Below, one piece after another: positions 11,851 through 24,861 of a stretch of DNA of 64,000 nucleotides. This stretch comes from Amoebophrya sp. A120 (Eukaryota > Protista > Dinoflagellata): positions 10,523,655-10,587,654 of the forward strand of contig CAJINV010000004.1 of assembly GCA_905178155.1 (NCBI GenBank), given 5' to 3'. How positions within the stretch are numbered: position 1 is the first letter of the stretch; each line of letters starts with the position of its first letter. A program made the position numbers and the translations under genes. The notes beneath the pieces are model-generated. The model saw nothing but the letters and a program-made list of their open reading frames with translations. It was not told the DNA's origin and ran no database searches.

Positions 11851-12861
11851 GCTCTTCCGGAAAAAATGCTGGCGAGGAGCCGACCGTTGCCATTTGTGTT
11901 TCCGAATAAACCGAAAAACTCAGAAAAGAGGGTAAAAAGTCGGAAAGTCAGATCAGGTATTATTTCGAAACTAGAAAGTGACAAACCAGCTAGAGCTAGT
12001 GTAGAAGGTTATTCAAAAGTCCTCTATCAGATCGAATTCGAAAACAGCCGAATAGAAGCAAAAGCTTTGTATTGGTGTGAAGGTCGTGCAGTCAAAAAGA
12101 AGCCAGAATTGTGTTAGAGCAACTTTGTTTATGCCGTGGTGTCGTGGTTTTGAATTGCAGAAAATTATGTGGAGAATTCGCCTTTTGTCCTATTTGTTGT
12201 TTCGGTTTTTTATTCGTTCTCAAAGCTCGCCGGTGCTAGCGTGAAAAAAGAAAAACGGCAAAATAAAATTTGAAGCAACTCGGTTTGGGTTGGAAGGGCA
12301 ACGCTTCGCAAAAGAGCAGCGCCACAAGATGTTGACAAAAATAAACCACAGATATGGATGAACCACAAAGATTGAGTCAGATTGATATGGAAATCATCCT
12401 TCGGCTCGCAAGACGCGCTTTGGTGAAAGGAAATCTTTCGCTTTTCTCTTGGAAATTGGAACATCAGTACTTCTTTTTCGTGCCGCTTCTGTTTTATTTG
12501 CCACGGGATCTAACAGCACAGAGCCCTTTCTATAGATACGTGTATTGTTCGTCTCGGTGGCACTACAAGCACTATAAGCCCACTATAATGTGTAGGTACA
12601 GTGCGTTTTTCTTTCTGTCGACTCGTCATCTGTGCAGCTCAGGGGGAAGCTCGGCCTGCACAAGGCATTCGACGCATTGGAAATTGTACAGGGTGCATTG
12701 GGGAGAAAGATACAACCTCAACCAGGTTCCAAAGTTATGAAAAAAAATTGTGTAGCGACCATCAATCGGGAAACGCGACAGTGAGCTCATAAGTGTTTCA
12801 ACCTCTATTGCGACTAGGCAGCTCTGTGCGCGCCAAGTGTTTTAGTAGTCTTCGGGATTCC

Positions 12862-12983
12862 ATTCGTGCGACTTAAACCGTGATTCAATTTGTGCGACTT
12901 AAAACGTGACTCAATTTGTGCGCTATAGTACGTGACTCTTTCGTGCGACTTGAGATTCGTGCGACTTAAAACGTGATTCAATT
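12862..12983. repeat. Short degenerate ~26-bp tandem repeat
   Basis: gtgcgacttaaaacgtga(t/c)tcaatt repeated about 4 times. Confidence 0.75.
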
Positions 12984-13153
12984 CTTGCTTTGATTTATTA
13001 ACTTTCCTGCATCTTTCTTTGCCTTTGTGCAATTTCTTTCGCACGCCTACCAATAATTGCGGCAGCACCTGCAGGCGCTACTGTGGAGAGCAGCTGCGGG
13101 CAGTTTTAAAAAAATCAAAAAAAAAGCTGACACTGTGCCTTGGGAAAATATTA

Positions 13154-16100
13154 TCAGCCGCTGCTGCAGTAGGTGTGGATCAGCCCCAGGAGGTCCTTGT
13201 GCTTTTCCTCCGTGTCCAAATGCAGGGCTGCTTCCGTCAATCCAAACGAATACTTCTCGACGTGCGCCGTGAGTAAGTCTAAATTGAACGGATTTGCAAT
13301 GCTGTGATAGAACAAAACCGCAACGAAGACGCAGAAGCTCAGCATCGCAAGGCGTAACTGCTTCCCCGCAGCCAGCACATCCTTCAGGTTCCGGGGCGGG
13401 AGGTGGTTCGCGTTTTCGGAGGTGACCGGTATGTATCAAAAGTAAAAATGTCTGGGTCTGGAAACTTGTGATGCTGGGTGGCGTCTCATGATGACGCTAC
13501 AAATGCTGGCTCAGCATGACAAGTTTCTGAGATCTTAGGCGTTGCCTATTCTGCATGACAAACTGCGCTTCTGCATCACAGAAAAACGGAGCTCTTGGGT
13601 AACGTGCATGACAGATTTAAAAGTCATGCCAGACAAGCATGACAGACATGAATTCTTCCAGACCCAGACATTTTTACAGTTGATAGTATGGTCGCGAGAA
13701 CCATGCATTCGGACAAGTCCAGCAGCATGTAGACCAGCGCGCCGACAAACGCGATCTTGCTAAAAGGCGACTTCAACCTTTCTTCTGTCGTCTCCCCGTC
13801 CACCTTCATGCTGTACTCCGACGGGTCGTTGCTGACTTTGAAAAAGTTCGCCAAGTTCACGGTTGGTAGAGACACTGTGTGCTTTCCCGTTGCGGGCGCG
13901 ATGCTCGGGAGTAGTAGAGGGGTCAGGAAGAAGAGCAACGAAGCAAAAATCTTCGCGGACAGTCGCAATTTGAACCGCAGCAAAATTTGCTCCTGGATTT
14001 CCGTTTGTAAGCACTGGAGCAAAACATTGTCCACAGCGTGCTGGTACTCGCTTTGCCGGTCTTGCTCGTACCAATTTTCGAGTTGTGGCTTTCCCACCAC
14101 GTACTCCGTCGTCGACGGGTCTAAATGGCCCAACTGTCCCCAGGAAAAACGTCCCAACCCGATATTTTTTGTCGTGCGGACCTGGTGGAGGCCTAAAATG
14201 TTTCTCATGCACAGCTCCATCGAGCACCTCCTTGGCTAATGCTATCGGGATAAAATTGGTCGTGATTTAATCACGATGAGACCATCGACTTGTGATGCGA
14301 CTGCACAACGAGCTGATGCTAACCACGACTAGTAGTACATTAGAGACGACCGAATAAAGTTTTTGTAATGGTGCGCAACGGCCAAATAAAGTTCTTGCCT
14401 TTTGTGTAGCAAAGCTCGTGCCATCGTGACTGCAGGATGGGAACGTTTTCACGGAAGATACCGATCCGTTCACCGCGACAACCGCTTGGTTCTGTCGCAG
14501 TAAATGTGTCGGACTGCTACTTTGCTGGTGCCCCGCGGCTGTGTGCAGAGAGAAAGCTTGTCCTCCTGCTCCCCGTTGTGGTGGCCCTCTGCCCTGCGCA
14601 CTACCTCCTCCCGCGATTGGCGGCGCGTAGCCCATCACGGCCATGCCGGGTAAGTTCACTTGGTGCTGCTGCAGTGGCTGTTTTGGCTTCGGCGACTCCT
14701 CCACCTCGATTATCCCAGAGAAAAAAGCCGGCAGGTCGTATTTGTAATGCAAAAATAAATACACAGAAAAATTTGTCATGGACAGCCCCATAGCATGCTG
14801 CTTGAGGCATGCAGTGCAGATCTTTTTGCGCGTGTGTTTTTGCATTACAAATACGATCTGCCTGCTTTTTTCTGTGTGATATCGATGCTGAGTTGCTTAA
14901 ACCGACGAGACGACGTGCGGGATGGAGCGTCCGGACTGTTGTCCTTTTCGTTTTCCTTCTCAAAAACGTCACCACGTGGTCCTGGAGGCTCTTTCTTGAT
15001 GTCCTTGCTAGTACTCGAAGAGGAGCCTCTCTCCTGGTAAAAATTCTCGTTCGCTGTGTGTTCATCTCTGCTTCTTCTAGTTCGGTAGGAGTCCGGCCTA
15101 CTTGGCTTGACCGGCGGCCCTTGTTCTTCCGCACTGGAGGTTGCCGCGGCCATTTGGAGCTCGCCCTCCGCGAGATATTTTGTCATGCCCGGCATCAAAT
15201 CCCGGGTAGTGCTGCCGCTGCTGGCGGAGGAGGAGGAATGGCTGCCGGGGCGAAGATTGTCAAAATTCAACACGCCGGTCACTAGCAGAACCTCGCTCGG
15301 GCTGCTACCCGGATTCGGATCATTTCGGGCGCCACCGCTTTTCATTTGATTTTGATGTTCATGATCTTCCGAGGTTAATACTTCAGCTTGATACGTTGTT
15401 CCTGCCGCTGTTTCTCCTCTTCGGTCATGGTCTGTTGTTCTCTCTGAGAGCTGCAATTCATCCTCACTCCTGTGCGCCCCCTCCCGCATCTGCGCCCTTG
15501 CGAGCAACGCCGCGTCTGTCGCGGTGAGCTCGCTCAACGGATCCGGTCGCATCGACGTTGTCGGCGACCGCGCGCCGTCCTGCCGGATCGCTGCGGCGAG
15601 GATGTGCTCTGCGGGTTGGTGCACGCCCGCGCTCGGGGAGTCGAGGTGCAGGTGCTGAGAGGCGGTCGGGGAGTCCAGGTGGAGACCGCCCAGCATTTCT
15701 ACTTCCCCCGCCTCCCCGTTATTTTCTCGGAGTGCACCATTCGTCGGCGAGTGCACCGGCGACAGCGTCGCTTCAGCGATTTGGTGCGCCGTGTCGGGCG
15801 GCGCCTGCTCGGGGGAAATCAAATTTTCCGTGTGCTGGAAGTACACGTATTTGTGGTAGAGTTCAAACGCTTTGGGCACCGACCGCACTTTCAGGTTCAT
15901 GTTCAGAAAGGATAGCTTCACCGTCGTGTCCGAGCGGCGGGGGAAACGCGGCTCCTGGTAGGATGACGCACTTGTTGCTGCTGCACCTCCCAAAGGTGGA
16001 GCTGCACTTGCAACACCAAGGCTATTAATGTGTTGCGGCGAAGGAGATCGCGGGGCGACGACGCTCGTGTTTATTTCGCCATTTTGAACAAGACCTTCTT

Positions 16101-19100
16101 GTTGTCTACTTGTTCTTGTTCCCGGTCGTGCACTTTGTTTGCTCGAGGGTGTTTGCAGTGGTCTCTCCGGCAGTTGCTGCTGCCCCTCTACTGCCGCCGC
16201 TCCTGTTGCGTCTACTTCACTCGTTCTCCTCTGTACCGTCTCCGCGAATCTAGCGGTGATTAGGTCCCAGTTTTCCAGGGCAAGCACCCGGTAGTCGATC
16301 TCCAAACTCTATCCTGTGCAAAAGTATCGTATTCGTATAAATGCAAGCCCTGCATTTCTGTCAAGGTAGATCCGCATTACAAATTTTATTTCTCACGCTG
16401 AGGAAATTCGTAATGCATTTATACGAGTACGATACTTTTGCAGCTCATAAACTCCACGGCAGCTGAACCGACACCGTCCCCAGTGTGTCCAGCATGCGGA
16501 GCAACAGCCGTACCCGCGCACCGGCGCTCCCGTCGTAGTCTTCGTCCCGGCCGAACACTATCAGAACCTCCTGCCACTTGCCGCCAAACTCGCCGAGGTT
16601 TCGCAGCCCGTCTATCAGGGCGAGGAAGAGAAGGAAATACAGGCTGGAGACCTGGAGCAGCAGTGCGCGGCCGCACACGTACCTAAGGTTGTTCTATCCT
16701 TCCCGTGTTGATGCATGATCCTAGTTGTACCAGAAAAACTACACCCTAGACTACTACACATGCACATCACATCACAAATCCAGCCTGCTTCGCTATACCT
16801 GACCACGTCCAGCATGAAGTTCAAAAAACAGGCCACTTTCGTGAACAGCAGCCGCGCGTCTTGGTGGTTGAAATGGTCGTGACTTGCGAAGGCCCGACCG
16901 GCCCGCAGATCCTCCGCGGCGATGCGGTCGAAGTATATGTTCGTTACCTTGACCGCCCGCGTGCACTGCACAGTGAGCAAAGACCCCAAAAAAGGCAAGA
17001 AGAGGTGGAAGTACAGCAGGAGCAGCGTCACCTCGAACAGCGCCACCAGCGCGCTCTTCCTGCGCATCCCCAAGCTGTCACTCGCTGTCATCAGGTCGTG
17101 GAGCGCCGGGAACCAGGCCCGGAGTAGCGAGACGGAGACGAAGAGCAAAAACCAAAGCAGCAGTTGCACTTTCACACAGCACTCCAGCAACGCGAGCAGC
17201 AGCGCCGTTTTCTGCTTCCGGATCCAATCCACTCCCGCACTACTCCAGTCCACCGCGGCGTCCCGCGCGAGAGCGGCCAGTGCCGGGGGCGGTTGGTGCA
17301 GGCGGGAGCGGGACGGGGTCGGCGGCGGTACCGCCGAGTGGCTGCTTTCTGCGAGAAAAACCGCCGACGCGGAATTGGTTTTATTATTTCCTTGCACTGT
17401 TGTGTCTTCGACACGTGGAGGTCCCAGCGACGACGCGGGTTGTTCGGCCGGATCATTTGTGGTTCGGTCGTTCACCGCACTCTGCGCCAAGTACGCTTCC
17501 ATGCTGCGGCTCATGTACGTGTCCACGTTACTGTTGCGACGGGACGGGGGGGAAGGCGGAGATTTTCTAGCACCTGCATGAGGAGAAAGAAACAGGTTGA
17601 TTTCATTTTGATGTGCTGGACCTGTGCCTTCAGAGTATAGAAGAATTTTCTTCTTCTTCTGCTACAACTCAAATGCTAAATCTCGGCTTTGTCATAAACA
17701 TCGAGTAGACTCTGAGTGTGAACGCGAACAAGAGGCAGTACCTCTCTTGCTGCTACTTGTCTTCGACGACGGCCGCGGGATGTCTTGCTTCGGACTGGGG
17801 CTGATTTCCGCTTTTCGGTTATTCCTCGCGGCCGCATCCATCGCGAGTTGCGCGTTGCGCGTCGGACTATCCAATGCGGGTTCGATTCGGACCGCGGTGG
17901 TGCCGGCTTGCTGCTCTAACCTGTCATGCGATAGGACTGCTTTCACGCAACACAGAGTTTTGTCTCAAGCAGCTGCTCCTGCTGGACTGCACAAAAAGTA
18001 AATCTATCCTGACCAATGTACCACTACCTTTGCAACTCAATTTCCTGCGCAGCCTGGAAGTCGCGCTCCGCTTGCTGCCTGCCCTGCGAGTACGCCAGCA
18101 GTTGCGCGCCCTCGATTTGTGCACGCATCGCGGCCAATGCTTGATTCTGTTCCGTGCGGACAAACCAGGCCTGCAGCACGAAGCTGTGCTTCTCCGCGAG
18201 AACAATGCGCAAGAAGAGAATGCTGGTGGAAATCAAGATGCACAGCAGGTATTCCACGAACCCCGCCCCGTAGCTAAACAGGTACGTCAGCGAGACGCTC
18301 GATCCCCGGCGGAAACCGTGGAGGATGGAGTAGTTGCAGCCGTAGGCGAGCGGAAGAAACAGGACGGCCCACTGCACCACGGTCCAAATGTTGTTCACGC
18401 TGCTGTCCATCTGTTCGGTCGGCAGGAGTAGCATGGGCAGCGCGAGAAAGACGAACGTCACGAGCGTGATCCCGAGGCAGACCGCCGTGTTCCAAAGCGT
18501 GTGATACTCCAGTTGCGGCAGGGCCCGTCGCACCACCTCCGCGGGCGTATCCGCACTGGAAATCATGGACAAGGATCTTCTCTGCTGCAGATGAAGAAGA
18601 CCACGGGAAGATGCTTCCTGTGATCCTGCTTCCTCTTGTTCCTGTGATGCTGCGGAAGTAGCTGCCGGCTCCTTCACGGCAAAGAACACTCGTCCGGCTC
18701 CTGCGACTATTTTCGCGCCCGAGTTCTTGTTTTCTTCTGGTGCGCACGAAGGATCTAGTTGTGCTTCCGCGACATTCGCTTCAAAATCCGTCTTCTTCGG
18801 AACGATCAGGCTGCTTTCTTGGTCGCTGGGTACTATTCTCGCAGCCGCGCCGTCCTCTACTCGTTCGGACCACGCAGTAGAACTACTTTCCAATCCCCGC
18901 CGGCTGCCACCCCCCGTTGCCGCCTGCAACTGCGCCAGCGCGTCATTCACGGCCGCGAGAAGGTCGAGGGGAGTCGTTGTCGCCGTTGTGCTGGTAGCGT
19001 TGTACGCAAGCTGGAAGTATCAAACGCAAAAATGTCTGGGTCTGACTCGTGCGAAAAAAGGAATCACAAACGGACCGAGGTATGCAGGAGCTACGCATGA

Positions 19101-19735
19101 TAAATTTTTGACCGCGGTACTTTCTAGTGCGAAAACCTAAATCGCGTGAGAGCTTGCGTCTTTGCATGACAATGAACATGCAGCGTTCTTCCGCAACATG
19201 CATTGCAGCGCTGAGGAGTAGTATGCGAGTTCAGCAATAGAAGTCGTGCAGTAATATTTTCCCGACCCGGACATTAGATTTGCAGTGGATAGGAAGCCAC
19301 TGGTTGTCGTGGTTGTCAGCGTCCCGCTCATGTTGTACAGGCTGGCGTACGCTTGCTCGAGATCGGTAACGGTGCCTTGTTATTTTTCGATTTTTTTTTC
19401 CATCACGCAATTCAGATTCTTGTTGATATCGGGATTGTTCTCGCGCCCGCGACTTATCGTGATTCATTCAGCAATCTTCTGGAAAAAAAAAAGAACCACA
19501 ACATTCTCAAAACCAGTAGTACTCGGCAAGCCCGCCGCTGCTCCTCCGGCCACGGCACTGCCCGCGGGTGCGATGTAGATCCCCTGCACTGCTTGCGCCG
19601 TCTGTGTGTCATCCTTGCCGGAGTCGCACAAAAAGAGCAAGCGCGACGACAGCAGGAGGAAGACGACTGCGCCCGCCAGCACCGGCAGCTCGTGGTGCCC
19701 GCGCAAGATGTAGCCCGCTTCCGTTCCGCGGTACA
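13154..19735 (-). CDS. Large multi-exon polytopic membrane protein of unknown family (may be more than one gene)
   Basis: ORF blocks 18024-18950, 16615-17526, 16445-16678, 14845-16305, 13624-14220 and 13154-13378 carry many hydrophobic helices. Four introners join blocks in frame (SGF/QLAY, PWS/LEID, LSI/EVEE, ATI/PVT). Confidence 0.55.
13434..13685. mobile_element. Introner (family A)
   Basis: tatcaaaagtaaaaatgtctgggtctggaa / ttccagacccagacatttttacagttgata; TSD gtatg. Confidence 0.9.
14711..14881. mobile_element. Introner (family D)
   Basis: tatcccagagaaaaaagccggcaggtcgtatttgtaatgcaaaaa / tttttgcattacaaatacgatctgcctgcttttttctgtgtgata; TSD tcgat. Confidence 0.9.
16310..16449. mobile_element. 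Introner (family B)
   Basis: tatcctgtgcaaaagtatcgtattcgtataaatgca / tgcatttatacgagtacgatacttttgcacagctcata; TSD aactc. Confidence 0.9.
19018..19291. mobile_element. Introner (family A)
   Basis: tatcaaacgcaaaaatgtctgggtc / gacccggacattagatttgcagtggata; TSD ggaag. Confidence 0.88.
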
Positions 19736-21549
19736 TAATCAGGAGCAGTCGGGTGCGCGATAGAATCGTTGGCGCCGCCCTCCTTGGCTTCCCCGGCCGG
19801 GGAAGGATGCCGCGCCGCGAGGGCGGGCACGCGGAGTGAGTTGCATGTCCGGACGCGCAGAAAGGCGGCCGCGGCGCTAGATAGTTTGAGTGCGAGCGGC
19901 AATCCAGAAAGAACGCGGCAGCGCGGCCGCCTCTTTTTGTTTTTCCCCCACTCCCGGTGGGGAGAAGGCCAACGCGGAGCGCAGGTGGCGCGGGGTCGGG
20001 ATGAACAGGGGCGCCGTGATGACGCCGCGCCGCGGAGACCGTACAATCGGAGCGGCGGCAGGGTGCTCGCGGTAGAATGAAGGAGCACCGCCCGCGCCTC
20101 TGTAAAACAAGAACGCGCCACCCCTGCTTGACCTGCGGGGGCAGAGTAGGGGCGGACGGGCGGCGCTTCGCATCCTTGGCGAGACTCCCGCACGCTGGCA
20201 GCGCCCGCAAATGTTTTGCAGGGCGCGCGCCCCCTAACGGGCTTGCGCCGCTTGGCGGCTGGGACGGCTTGGGCCTCTTAGTAAGCGCCCCCGACACGGG
20301 GGTCTCCGTTCCGTGCAGCACGGCGGCAGCACCCGCGGTCGGCGCGGCAAAGACACACGAGGCAGTGCCGTGCGCCGCTTACAATGGGCCACATGGCAAT
20401 CGCGTCGCACGCCGGAACTTTAGGCCGGGCTCCAGAATCTGGTCGCCCGGGCCTATGCGGTCCACCCTGGTAATTCCACCCTGGTAATGGAGCTACTCAC
20501 CCGGATTTGGCCTAGTAAAAGCGATATGAAGATCGCGGAAACGCATAGGCAGGGTGCCCGATGCTAGCCACCGGAATCGGGCTCCCGAGCCTGGCCTTCG
20601 GGCAGGGTATTCCCAATAGTTTTTTTTTCGATTTTTCAAAAGTGCCTAAATCGTGTATGCATGGACCTCATGGGCTCCGGTGAATGAGAATAGTAACAAA
20701 ATACACTAACAAAACACGTTCCCTTCTTTTTGTATCTCACTTTTAAAGGGATAATCAGCGTCCGGGAATTTTTGCAATTTTTTTAAAATTCCATAAAATC
20801 CAATAAAAACAATATAACAGCCCAGATTTAAAGCGTACAGCAAAAAAAACACAGGTAAAAAGCCAGAACTTTTAGACCGGTAATGTATTCAGCCCATTAT
20901 CAGCCTCATTTTTTATCCAGTTGATTTTTCAAATTTTTTCAGAATGTTGACAACCAAAAAAATAGCTGAGCCCTTTCAACATTTTTAGGGTAATGCTGCA
21001 CATTCAAGCCCTAATGTATCTAGTCTTCCTTTTTCTGTCCACTTTTTCGATGATAAAATCGAAAAATTAACAGAGTGAAAATTTTTCACAAATTTCAAAA
21101 ATTTTTAAAATTGGGGAAAATGTGTAAACTAAAGAGCACAATGAAAGAAAAATCATTACTATGGATATGATGTTAAGCAAGAGGCTTGCTCGTTTACATA
21201 TAGGGTAAATTTTCTGGCATCTGAGTCATCTGGAAAATTTTTGTTTTTTTTCGATTTTCGAAAATATTTACGAAATCAAGAAAATTGCACTGGCGTATGT
21301 GCATAAGCAAAATAATGCCGCAGAATCATACAGCTGGCCTCAATTTTGCCCATTTTTAGATGGAATATGATGCACATTCAGAAGGTTATTCATTTTTCTA
21401 ATTTTTATGATTTTTGGGAATCTGTGAAAAGTGCCTAATTATATGGGTAATTGAATCCGTCCAATGGAAAGAAAATGCAAAACCATAAGGATTCCTGTTT
21501 TTTGCAGCATTTTTCATCAGACTTTGGACCGCCGACGCGTTTTCGGCCG

Positions 21550-21709
21550 AAATGCGTAGGCGATGGACGAGATCTCGGCTTTATTTGCGGGCGTCCGCAA
21601 ATACTCCGCAAATCCTCCTTGCGGCGCGGTAAGCGCCTCGTCTGGGTGACACGTGTACCCCAAGGGTAGCAGGACCGTAGAACCGCTCTGCACGAGCGTG
21701 GTTTTCTTT
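21550..21709 (+). repeat. Split direct repeat A1 (160 bp)
   Basis: Near-identical to 22716-22875. Confidence 0.95.
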
Positions 21710-22519
21710 CGGTCTCACGGAGCTGATCGTCCGTGCCCACTGCAGATTTCGCGCCTCCCAGCCTTGTAGGCTGTAGTCGCTTCGGTCGACATTGGTTTGC
21801 TAGTATGGGTTCACAGTTCGGAGGTGCGAGGCCACGTAGGCCAGTCAGGTGCTCGGCTCACAGTCAAAAGAGCCAGTGTCAGTGCCATAGTAAGCACAGG
21901 GTGAGAGTTTGTTAAGAGTTGCCTCAAGCCTGAGAGCATGTCAGAGAGCATCGCGGCCGTGCCAGTAAGAGCACGACGGAGCCGCATTGCCAGAGTATAC
22001 ACGGTCGGCTACCACCCAGCAGCATGCGCAAGGAGGGATGTAGGTAGCCCAGGTTGCTGATTACGGCGCCAGCGCTGTCGCTTCGCGAGCCGGTCGCTCC
22101 CCATCCAGGTGGGGCTCACCTCGCAGGTGATGCGCTCCTCTTCAGTGCGCTCCGTTTCGAGGCGCGTTCGCGCGTCTTGGGACGGTGTCGCGCGTGGAGC
22201 TCTGTCGACCGACTCGTCGGGCGGCAGTGCTTCGCGCCGTCATGTTTTCGTTTTACTGCGGCATAAGCCAGTGAAGGCGTGCCTGCAGGACGCCAGCAGC
22301 CAAAGGAGGGAGCTACGCTGAGAGCAGCGAAGTCCCAGCGCAAGGTTGCGCACAGAGAGTACACTCAGAGAGTGACTGCGCGCCCAGTCAGGCGGCAGTA
22401 TCAGTGCAAGCAGTGAGAAAGCATACGTTGTCCCAGCGCACTCGGCGTCGAGCGTGGTGGGTGCGGTGGCCTGTTGCGCCTCGGCCGGCGCCCTCTCCTG
22501 GAGAGCGATGGTGGAAAAA

Positions 22520-22875
22520 GGGCCACACGCACCTCGTCGCTCTCGTTCTCGTGCTCGTGTGCACGATCCGTGATCGTATGGCAGCCCGAGCGCTGCAGCT
22601 GAGCTTCGTACAGCTCCCGCGCATCGCGATTGCGCATGGGACAAGAGGTCGTACTCAGTAACCAGCTCTACTAGTTAGCTGTAAGCACCGTAGTAGTAAG
22701 GACAGCACGCAAATAAAATGCGTAGGCGAGGGACGAGATCTCGGCTTTATTTGCGGGCGTCCGCAAATACTCCGCAAATCCTCCTTGCGGCGCGGTAAGC
22801 GCCTCGTCTGGGTGACACGTGTACCTCAAGGGTAGCAGGACCGTAGAGCCGCTCTGTACGAGCGTGGTTTTCTTT
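22520..22875 (+). repeat. Internal B1-A2 junction repeat
   Basis: B1 22520-22718 is joined directly to A2 22716-22875 (gcacgcaaata-aaa-tgcgtagg). Confidence 0.95.
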
Positions 22876-22892
22876 TCCCGCCCGCCCACTCC

Positions 22893-24299
22893 ATGGATGA
22901 CGAGGAGGAGACATGGTGGCAGTCGCTGCAAAGTGACAGCGACAGCAAGGCCAGTGAGAACCTGTCGTCGTGCGACAAGCTAGTCGAAGCGTTTGGTGAG
23001 AAGAAAGCGGAAGCAGCCACCAGGGAGTGTCTGCGGCAGGATGGCAAACTGCCAGCGCAGTTCTTGAAGGATAGCGAGACGCTACCGAAAAATCTGTTTT
23101 CCCACGATTTAGCCAGCGGGAAGCTGGTAAGTGCAGAACTCGGTGCGTTGCACGGCAACCAGGCGCAAGCCATGCAGCTTGCTAGCGACCTGGGGAAGTT
23201 CCGGCTCATCGAAAGACGCGTAGGCAGCAAGGTGGAGTTCTTCACGCAGAGGAAGGACGACCCGTTTGCAAGAGCCAGCTGCACGCCGAATGTCAGCAAA
23301 GACTTGCTTCTGGACAAGATGCGCAGTGCGCAGGCGTCAGTCGACGACGTGTTCGCAGCCAGGTGCGAGAAAGACAGGACGGTCGCCAGGAGCAAGATGA
23401 GTCTGGCATTGGAAATTGCCAAGGACCCGTGGCAGTTGAAGAACGCCATGGACGAGTTTGCGTCGATGTCCTCGACGAAAAAAGCGGACGACAATCGAGA
23501 CTCGAGGGTCTCGAGGTACTTGAAAATCGCAAGCGAGTTACCGCAGCGGATCTGGACGGTGGAGTCCATACGGGCTTTCATCGGTGTCAGCTTGGCCGCT
23601 GGGTACTCCAGCATAAAGCAAGCGACCACGGACGTGTTGGCAGATACGAGGTGTGTGATGTTGGATGAAGAAAAAGACGTGGCGCGCAAGGAGCTCGCCA
23701 CGCTTGTGAGGAGAGGACACCTCGGCAGGAAGTTGCAGATAGCACCGATGACCATCTGCCACATCTACAAGTACTGGTCAGGCAAGAAAATAGACGACAG
23801 ACAGGCCATGGTCCTGCTTGTCACGTGGTACGCGGCGCTCAGGAAGAGCGAGGTGAAGTTGTTGGACATACGGCAAACGGGCGAAAAGAACAAAATCAGG
23901 CTGCGGCACGACGGAGACGACTTGCTCCTGAATTTTCAGGAAGCCTCGACCAAGGTCAATGTGTACTCAGTAGTGCGAGTGCTGTGCGTGTGCAAGCAGC
24001 TCGAGACAATAGGAGTGCCAAAGTGCTTCTGTGTGTGCAGATTCAAGCACCTGTGGTGCCAGTTAGAAGAGAAAGACTTGTGTGTAGCCACCATTATGAG
24101 AAATTTCGACGAAAAAGATACAGCAACGCACAGCTGGCGGATAGGGGCCGCCACACACTTGTATCTGAACAAGGTGGACCCCATCAAGGTAGTAATCCAC
24201 TGCAGGTGGAGCGAGCTTTCCATGCTCATGCACTACATTAGATCCATGCCGTACATATCGAAGGACATGTTTGTCCCGCTACAGTTTGCAGGCTTGTAA
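22893..24299 (+). CDS. Tyrosine recombinase of the retrotransposon
   Basis: Catalytic motifs ALRKSE (R), HSWRIGAAT (HxxR), HCRW and MHYIR (Y); uninterrupted 468-aa ORF. Confidence 0.9.
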   Translation: MDDEEETWWQSLQSDSDSKASENLSSCDKLVEAFGEKKAEAATRECLRQDGKLPAQFLKDSETLPKNLFSHDLASGKLVSAELGALHGNQAQAMQLASDLGKFRLIERRVGSKVEFFTQRKDDPFARASCTPNVSKDLLLDKMRSAQASVDDVFAARCEKDRTVARSKMSLALEIAKDPWQLKNAMDEFASMSSTKKADDNRDSRVSRYLKIASELPQRIWTVESIRAFIGVSLAAGYSSIKQATTDVLADTRCVMLDEEKDVARKELATLVRRGHLGRKLQIAPMTICHIYKYWSGKKIDDRQAMVLLVTWYAALRKSEVKLLDIRQTGEKNKIRLRHDGDDLLLNFQEASTKVNVYSVVRVLCVCKQLETIGVPKCFCVCRFKHLWCQLEEKDLCVATIMRNFDEKDTATHSWRIGAATHLYLNKVDPIKVVIHCRWSELSMLMHYIRSMPYISKDMFVPLQFAGL

Positions 24300-24861
24300 C
24301 AGATTGGAAAAGGACACTAGTGGTTGACGGTTTTTGTTGAAAAATTACAAGTCGCATCCCAGCGGCATTGAGCCACGCTGGCAGTGAGATCCAAGCCTTC
24401 ACGACAATCGTCGATAGCATGTTCAAGCACCAGACACCATGTAAAAGCAGACACGCTGTTGAGATCAGAGTAGCTCACTGAGCAGAGCAAAAGTTCCCTC
24501 CCTCAGCAAAGTAGTTCAGAAGCTCGCCAAAGTGCATTGCTGTCACCCCACCCCGTCAGGTAAAGCGAAGTGCCTCAGCACATCAGTAGCATAGTCTGCG
24601 TCTGGAAATCAGAGAAAAACGTAACGAGATCAGAGAGAGCGAAGATGGACTTAGACTTCAAGACGAAGTGTCACGCGGTTCTCCTCGCGATTTTGTTTGT
24701 GAGAAATTACGTAGAAATTGTGTTACTCATGTCGACGCGCGTGTGGAAATTCTTTTCCACAATTTCGTACCTCATCACTTGTTTGCTGTGAAAAAAACCG
24801 TAGGGATTTTCAAACCTAAGCACACTTTCCTCAGAAGCTTGGTCGTCTTCACAAATTCAAG

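Noticed and set aside
22893-24299. Phage integrase, prophage or Crypton
   Set aside because: It is enclosed with RT/RNase H within split direct repeats, so it belongs to a YR retrotransposon.
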